Positions 58,503 through 64,000 of a stretch of DNA of 64,000 nucleotides are shown piece after piece; position 1 is the stretch's first letter; each line of letters opens with the position of its first letter. The notes below the pieces were generated by a model, which saw only the letters and a program-made list of their open reading frames with translations, made no database searches and had not been told where the DNA came from. Location of the stretch: the NCBI GenBank assembly GCA_041666325.1, contig JBAYHC010000004.1:929-64928 (forward strand), given 5' to 3'. This stretch comes from Patescibacteria group bacterium. GTDB taxonomy: Bacteria; Patescibacteriota; UBA1384; XYA2-FULL-43-10; 1-14-0-10-43-13. The position numbers and the translations under genes were made by a program.

Positions 58503-60017
58503 TTACTCAAATCCAGGCTCACGTAAAGCAATTAGGCTCCTGCTAACATACGAAATTATCGGAAAGAGGGAGAGACAAAAGTCCTCCAAATCCAAGCCAT
58601 CTTTGTCAGTCGTATACCAACCGGGGATCGTAAAGTTATGATCATAGAATCTTCTTGCCCAAGCCGCTTCGCAATCGAAGACAATAGCGTACGGCAAATA
58701 TTCCTCGAACGTTCTCCAAACATCTGGAGTATAAGGGATCGGAGCCGGGTTCGAAAGAAACTTTTTAAATGCCAGCCAATTAGTGAGCACCTCCTGGCCA
58801 AGAGGAGTACGAATTGGAATGTGAGAGGCAACAGTGATTACAAGCAGAGAGGTAACCATCATACCGAGCCAGAAAAAGGCGATAAACGGCGGATCTTTGA
58901 AAAAGAGCAAACTAAGAGCAAAGCCAGCAAGACCAACAAAGAAGGACAAGATACCAAAAAGCTTATACTTGGCATGGATACTCTGGGGATTCGTCTTGAA
59001 GTATCCTAGCCTGGTGGCTAAAATATACATTCCAGCCGAAACAACTGAGATCTTGCGACTATAGAAATGACTGTTGATTCTCTTCTCTATCTCCGCCCGG
59101 TTGGAGCTAATACTTTTATTGAAAATCTTGGACAAAAGCACTTTCTCGTACCCAAGAAGCCTCTGGTCGAATTTGTGCTTACCAAAGGCGAATCCACGCT
59201 CGCGATCGAGAATAATAATATCCCTGCGAACCGCAAGGTCGACAAGCGTAGCAGCAATCTCTCGAGGCCTAACCGTTTGATGTACGAGAACACCGACTAT
59301 CGCCGGAGGAAGAGCCATGGGCAGTGCGGTAATCTCCCTATCTGGTTGGTCTATTCTCTGCTTTCTTCTTTGATAAAAAACTAACAAAATTGAAATGACT
59401 ATGGTGGCAGTCGGCAGAACAACCCCCAGACCAACCCAAACATTCACGTCTATACCAGAAATATTGTTGACTAGAGTCTGCTTCAAGCTTGGCTTGACTG
59501 TTCCCTTGGGCAATTTAGCGACTATCGAAATAGTCGCCTTGCTGCCAACATCTACAACCCGATAACTAATCGTTCTGGCATCGATGACAGTTGCAGTACC
59601 AGCACCGGTCCCATGAATTGGCAAGACTTCATATTCGCTCTCGTAAGCAACTGTTTTTGGTAAACTCAGAGTTATTTCAACAAGATCATAGCTTCGGCCA
59701 GGTTCATCGACTATGGGCAAACGAACTTCATCGGCATCAGGGAGCAGATCAACCCTTTTCTTGGCAGCATGACCATCAATAAGGATAAGACCACCGTCAG
59801 TGACTGCAACCGGAATCTCCAGTTTTGCACCCTCCTGCCCAAGAAGGCCGACTGCCTCATCAGCCTTGTAGTCCGGCGCGGATAACCACCAAATAATGCC
59901 TGCAACAGCAAAAACAAGCGAGAAGAAAAGGAACTTTCGCTTGTAAAAACTAAAGTAGCCACCATTTTGCGAGCGGGTTACTATTCCCCCGAGCAAGTTC
60001 CCTCCTATACAAGACAT
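58503..60017 (-). CDS. DUF2207 family membrane protein
   Basis: LPPAIVGVL, IAATLVDLAVR, RTPLG..WLAFKKFL, FEEYLPYAIVF. Confidence 0.85.
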   Translation of the reverse strand: MSCIGGNLLGGIVTRSQNGGYFSFYKRKFLFFSLVFAVAGIIWWLSAPDYKADEAVGLLGQEGAKLEIPVAVTDGGLILIDGHAAKKRVDLLPDADEVRLPIVDEPGRSYDLVEITLSLPKTVAYESEYEVLPIHGTGAGTATVIDARTISYRVVDVGSKATISIVAKLPKGTVKPSLKQTLVNNISGIDVNVWVGLGVVLPTATIVISILLVFYQRRKQRIDQPDREITALPMALPPAIVGVLVHQTVRPREIAATLVDLAVRRDIIILDRERGFAFGKHKFDQRLLGYEKVLLSKIFNKSISSNRAEIEKRINSHFYSRKISVVSAGMYILATRLGYFKTNPQSIHAKYKLFGILSFFVGLAGFALSLLFFKDPPFIAFFWLGMMVTSLLVITVASHIPIRTPLGQEVLTNWLAFKKFLSNPAPIPYTPDVWRTFEEYLPYAIVFDCEAAWARRFYDHNFTIPGWYTTDKDGLDLEDFCLSLFPIISYVSRSLIALREPGFE

Positions 60018-60130
60018 CTAGCAAATCTGGCAATAAAGCACTAAAGCGGTAGAGCGGTATAATTTATAGTCCCTTACTGCATTACCAGCCTTGCTGCTCT
60101 ACTGCTTGCTAGTCCGCTATCCTTGTGCAC

Positions 60131-61111
60131 TTAATTCTTATCAATTATAGCAGAACTTTTACCAATAGTTGCCAATAATAAATCCAGAGCCGTCGCCGGA
60201 TCAACCGCGCCTGTTTTTATGCTCAAATCCGTTCTAGCCAAAGAATGATAAATGTAGCACAGCCTTTCCGGGGCCATCAATCGCAATGAAACAAGTGCCT
60301 TCTTTACCACATAAGGATGGACAGCAGCAGATGAAGGAATCTCTCTTTCGGTCATACCTTTCTTTGATAAGTCGGAGACTATTAGGAGCGTTCGAAAGTG
60401 CGACACGATGAGAGAGAAGACTTTTATCTCGTCCTCCCCTTGAGTGGTCAGGGTTTTTAGGGCAGCAAATGCCCGCTTAATATTACCCGCGCCAAGAGCG
60501 TCAGTCAGCTCGAATACGGACAGAGTGGTCTCTGGATGCACGAGCTCATCAACGTCCTCCGACTTGATTATCAAGTTCTCCCTGGCCCGGCAGTAGAGAA
60601 CAAGTTTCTGGATTTCACTGTTAAGGCGCCAAAAATCAAAGCCGAGAAATTGCTCCAACCTAGCAACTGCCCGCGGATCAATCTGTCCCCCAAGCGACTC
60701 AACCCTTCCCTTGATCCAGTGCCTGAGCGCCACCCCCTCGGGCAAAGGAAACCTTTGGCTTCGCTTAGGTTGATTTAATAGCTTATACAGAGCGCCCCGC
60801 TTATCGGGTTCGCCATCCTCGATAAAGATTACTACTACGGAGTCAGATATTTTGGGCAGTGTTTCAGAGATAAATTTTTTGAGATTCTGATCGGAAGAGT
60901 CAGCCAAAGCACCTTTGATCTCGACTAATTTCTTGTCGCTAAAAAATCCAAGGCCAAAGATCGCCTCGGAATATTGAGATTGGGTTAGCGTTGCTCCCTG
61001 AAGACGAATTAAGCTGTATTCAGTGCCAGACCCAGAGAGAAAGCGTTGTTCTATCTCTCTTACCTTCTCGTTGATCGCAAATGTATTTTGTCCGTAGAAA
61101 AAATAAAACAT
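60131..61111 (-). CDS. holA: DNA polymerase III delta subunit
   Basis: MFYFFYGQN, FFSDKKLV, PDKR, EIQKLVLY, VFELTDA, HPYVVKK, DLSIKTG. Confidence 0.92.
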   Translation of the reverse strand: MFYFFYGQNTFAINEKVREIEQRFLSGSGTEYSLIRLQGATLTQSQYSEAIFGLGFFSDKKLVEIKGALADSSDQNLKKFISETLPKISDSVVVIFIEDGEPDKRGALYKLLNQPKRSQRFPLPEGVALRHWIKGRVESLGGQIDPRAVARLEQFLGFDFWRLNSEIQKLVLYCRARENLIIKSEDVDELVHPETTLSVFELTDALGAGNIKRAFAALKTLTTQGEDEIKVFSLIVSHFRTLLIVSDLSKKGMTEREIPSSAAVHPYVVKKALVSLRLMAPERLCYIYHSLARTDLSIKTGAVDPATALDLLLATIGKSSAIIDKN

Positions 61112-61200
61112 AATATTCAGGCGTAAGGCGAAAGTTAGCAAGGAGAAAAAATATGTGGCTCTCTTGCACCTCTCACTTGAGCCTTTCACGCTTACGCCTT

Positions 61201-62460
61201 CTAATGCTTCGCATCCGCCCAGTTGTCGCCCGACCCAGCCTCGACCACAAGCGGTACACAGAGATCAACAACATTCTCCATCACCTCTTTGATTTCTTTG
61301 ATGGCCTCGACGACCCCATCTTCCAAAACCTCAAAAATCAACTCGTCGTGCACTGTCAGAACCATCGTCCACTTCCGTTCTCCGCCCTTAGCCCTTTTCC
61401 CTAACTCAATCATCGCAAGCTTCAAAACTTCTGCTGCGCTGCCCTGGACAGGAGCATTGACCGCCATTCTCTCCTCGGCCTCTGCGGCATTATGGTTAAA
61501 CGAATTGATGTTTGAAAACTCACGACGAAAACCAAAAAGTGTCTCGGTGTAACCTTGGTCTTTGGCCTGCTTGATCATGTCTCCGCAATACTTTTTGATA
61601 CCGATATGAGTCTCAAAATAGCGCCGAATATATTGAATGGCTTTGTCTCGGCTAATTCGGAGAGCCTCAGACAGTCCGTATGGGCTCATGCCGTAGAGCA
61701 CGCCAAAATTTACCGTTTTAGCGATGCGCCTCTGGTCTGAGGTTACTTTATCAATTTGGGTATCAAATATCTCCGCTGCAGTCGCAGCATGGACATCGCG
61801 CCCACCCTCAAAGGCTTGGAGCATAACCGGATCCTGGGCAAGGCAAGCAACAATTCGAAGCTCGATTTGAGAATAATCGGCCGAAATAATCTTTGACCCC
61901 TCTGGCGCGATGAAGGCCTTTCTGATCTCTGCTCCCCAATCCCCCTTGATAGGGATGTTTTGCAAATTTGGGTTTGCCGAAGTCAGTCGTCCCGTCGATG
62001 TTTCCTGTCCGTAGGTCGTATGCAGCCTACCGTCCTTCCCCACCATCTCAGGCAATGGCTTGAGATAAGTCGAAAGAAGCTTGGCCAGCTCTCGATATCC
62101 CAGGAGCGGCTCGACGATTGGATGCTGATCAATTAGCTTCATGAGCTCAGAGGCGCCAGTCGACACACCGGACTTAGTTCGTTTCAAATCCTTAGTTGGA
62201 AGATTAAGTTTTTCAAACAAAATAATTGATAATTGCTGCGGCGAATTGATATTGAACTCCTCGCCGGCAAAGTGGTGAATGGCAGAAACCAATCCCTCAA
62301 TTTTCCCCTCGATATTTTCCTCCAATTGGCGCAAAACATCGCAATCTATCAAAACACCGACCTTCTCCATTTCACGCAAAACAGGCTCAACTTGTTTGTT
62401 GATTTCTGCCGATGTTATCTTGGGCAGTATAACGCCCTTTTCAGTTAAGTGTTTCCACAT
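61201..62460 (-). CDS. polA: DNA polymerase I, polymerase domain only (split polA, C-terminal part)
   Basis: FNINSPQQL, TGRLTSANPNLQNIP, ADYSQIELR, RRIAKTVNFGVLYG, NAPVQGSAA, TVHDEL. Confidence 0.96.
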   Translation of the reverse strand: MWKHLTEKGVILPKITSAEINKQVEPVLREMEKVGVLIDCDVLRQLEENIEGKIEGLVSAIHHFAGEEFNINSPQQLSIILFEKLNLPTKDLKRTKSGVSTGASELMKLIDQHPIVEPLLGYRELAKLLSTYLKPLPEMVGKDGRLHTTYGQETSTGRLTSANPNLQNIPIKGDWGAEIRKAFIAPEGSKIISADYSQIELRIVACLAQDPVMLQAFEGGRDVHAATAAEIFDTQIDKVTSDQRRIAKTVNFGVLYGMSPYGLSEALRISRDKAIQYIRRYFETHIGIKKYCGDMIKQAKDQGYTETLFGFRREFSNINSFNHNAAEAEERMAVNAPVQGSAAEVLKLAMIELGKRAKGGERKWTMVLTVHDELIFEVLEDGVVEAIKEIKEVMENVVDLCVPLVVEAGSGDNWADAKH

Positions 62461-62534
62461 AGATTTGAAATACTAGGCCCTAGGGTCCCAGACCCCAAAT
62501 TTTAGGTTCTAGTCTTTGGAGTTTAGATTCTCGA

Positions 62535-63701
62535 TTAAAGTTCCAATCTTAGTTGATCATCTTTCTTCCCCTGTTCTTCCGTTCTTTGGTTTTTTGGTTC
62601 TTTGGTTTCTGCCCAACCCTTCGAGAAACGCATCAGCAATGATCTGAATTCTAGCTCCTCAAAGAGCTGGCGCAACTTGTCCTTATCATACTGCCCCCAA
62701 CGCGCGCCTTCAAGGTCAAACCCTATTGGCACATCGCGCCGGATAGTTGCGAGGTGCTGCGACATAAAAGCCTGATCCTTGTATTCGATGAGAAGTCTAA
62801 GAATGCGTTCCTTAATGCCAAGCTCTTTTGCCTTTACTTTTAGAATGTCATCCCTTATTCCTTCTTTATTATCCTGAACGTCGTCCCCTTTGTCATCCTG
62901 AACGTCAGTGAAGGATCTAGGCGAAGCCGCATGCGATCGCCGCGACGACCCAGATTCTTCGCGGAGTTTACCCTGAGCTTGTCGAGTGAGCTCAGAATGA
63001 TGTCCAGAAAGAGATTTCTCAATTTCTTGGTATATTTTCTCCAGCGTATCAAACCTCAAAAGCAATTCAGTCGCAGTCTTAGGTCCTATTCCAGGAATTC
63101 CGGGAATGTTATCTGATGCGTCCCCCATGAGGGCCTTCAAATCGATAAAATCTTTGGGTTCAAGATTGTAGACTTCCTTGAGATGACTGGTGTCAAAAAC
63201 TTCAGCCTCGCTAAAGCCATGCTTTAGCATCAAGACCCTGACATGGCCATTTAGAAGTTGGTAAACATCACGATCGCCCGAAGCAATGTACACGACTAAG
63301 TCGTCCCCTGGAACCTGACACTTTTTATTGTGGCCGTTACAAAACTCAACAATTGTTCCAATTACATCATCTGCCTCGAAGCCCTCGACGGCATAGATCG
63401 GAATGCCAAAAGCGGCAAGCATCTCGCGTACCCGAGGAATCTGATCATAGAGTTCCTGATCAGCCTTAACTCGAGTCGCTTTGTATTCCTTGTATTCGAT
63501 ATGACGAAAAGTCGGTGCTGCCAAATCAAAAGAAGCAGCGAGATAGTCTGGTTTGATTTCCTCAAGGATTTTGATCAGGGCCAGAGCAAAGCCATAGGTT
63601 ACGTTGGTCAACTCGCCCTTCTTGTTTGAGAGGTTCTTGGGCAAGGCATGGTACGCCCGATGAACGATGGCGTTAGAGTCTATCAAAACTAATGTTTTCA
63701 T
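62535..63701 (-). CDS. polA: DNA polymerase I 5'-3' exonuclease/flap endonuclease (split polA, N-terminal part)
   Basis: LIDSNAIVHRAYHALP, EYKATR, FEADDVIGT, SGDRD, LMGDASDNIPGIPGIGPKTA. Confidence 0.95.
   Translation of the reverse strand: MKTLVLIDSNAIVHRAYHALPKNLSNKKGELTNVTYGFALALIKILEEIKPDYLAASFDLAAPTFRHIEYKEYKATRVKADQELYDQIPRVREMLAAFGIPIYAVEGFEADDVIGTIVEFCNGHNKKCQVPGDDLVVYIASGDRDVYQLLNGHVRVLMLKHGFSEAEVFDTSHLKEVYNLEPKDFIDLKALMGDASDNIPGIPGIGPKTATELLLRFDTLEKIYQEIEKSLSGHHSELTRQAQGKLREESGSSRRSHAASPRSFTDVQDDKGDDVQDNKEGIRDDILKVKAKELGIKERILRLLIEYKDQAFMSQHLATIRRDVPIGFDLEGARWGQYDKDKLRQLFEELEFRSLLMRFSKGWAETKEPKNQRTEEQGKKDDQLRLEL
62892..63001. repeat. Palindromic miniature element inserted in frame in the 5'-3' exonuclease gene
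   Basis: GTCATCCTGAAC..GAAGGATCTAGG...CCCAGATTCTTCGC..CTCAGAATGA; core is the near-identical reverse complement of the 47971-48058 core. Confidence 0.85.
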
Positions 63702-63711
63702 TGAGGAGCAT

Positions 63712-64000
63712 TCATTTAATTAAATTTGCAACAATCTTTACCATAGTCTCTTTCTCGCTCGGACCAGAAACAGCCACAAGCAAGGCCAGTGAAACCAGAG
63801 CACGCTGATCGATATTAACTATACCATTTTGGTTCAAATAGTACACAAAGAGCATCGAAGCAATCCGCTTGTTGCCGTCATAGAAGGGATGGTCCTTGAT
63901 GACGAAATAAAGCAAGTGAGCCGCTTTCTCCTCAACGCTTTTGTAAAGATCCTCACCACCGAATGACTGATACAGATTGCCCAAAATACCGACAAATTTG
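63712..64000 (-). CDS. Fic/Doc family protein, C-terminal part (5' end outside window)
   Basis: YQSFGGEDLY..VEEKAAHLLYFVIKDHPFYDGNKRIA. Confidence 0.9.
   Translation of the reverse strand, partial: KFVGILGNLYQSFGGEDLYKSVEEKAAHLLYFVIKDHPFYDGNKRIASMLFVYYLNQNGIVNIDQRALVSLALLVAVSGPSEKETMVKIVANLIK

Noticed and set aside
62461-62534. Programmed frameshift, intron or intein joining the two polA halves
   Set aside because: No slippery site or splice motifs, and the intervening 3'-5' exonuclease sequence is absent; two separate genes is the simpler reading.
1-64000. Alternative genetic code (TGA read as Gly), as in some CPR lineages
   Set aside because: Core genes are uninterrupted under code 11 and TGA acts as a stop in ATGA overlaps (e.g. 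28726-28729).

Overview
Bacterial chromosomal window using the standard genetic code. The gene set and style (split polA, cohesin/dockerin surface proteins, cytochrome b5 plus ferric reductase, many ORFans, palindromic repeats) suggest a Patescibacteria/CPR genome; this assignment is an inference. The right two-thirds holds mostly minus-strand housekeeping genes (rpoD, dnaG, ppsA, recX, recA, ftsK, rnj, pnp, rpsO, lepB, holA, split polA; alr, tmk and rpsT on plus) with stand-alone ORFans between them. The left third is accessory: a GT2 glycosyltransferase, a DrrAB-type ABC exporter, a dockerin/cohesin pair, a GC-rich DUF2617/lipoprotein/DUF350/membrane-SpeE operon and a run of small stress genes. 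There are two tRNAs (Asn-GTT, Ser-GGA). No CRISPR array, rRNA, integrase or transposase was seen. The most notable observations are: the SpeE operon, whose lipoprotein ends in Gly-rich-Lys; a conserved leader that could sequester the start codon of two diverged YfiH/PgeF paralogs; about ten degenerate tandem-repeat hairpins between core genes; a palindromic element inserted in frame in the PolA 5'-3' nuclease; tRNA fragments fused to palindromes beside both tRNAs; and a probable pair of distant ORFan paralogs. Family names come from motif recognition only; no database searches were run.
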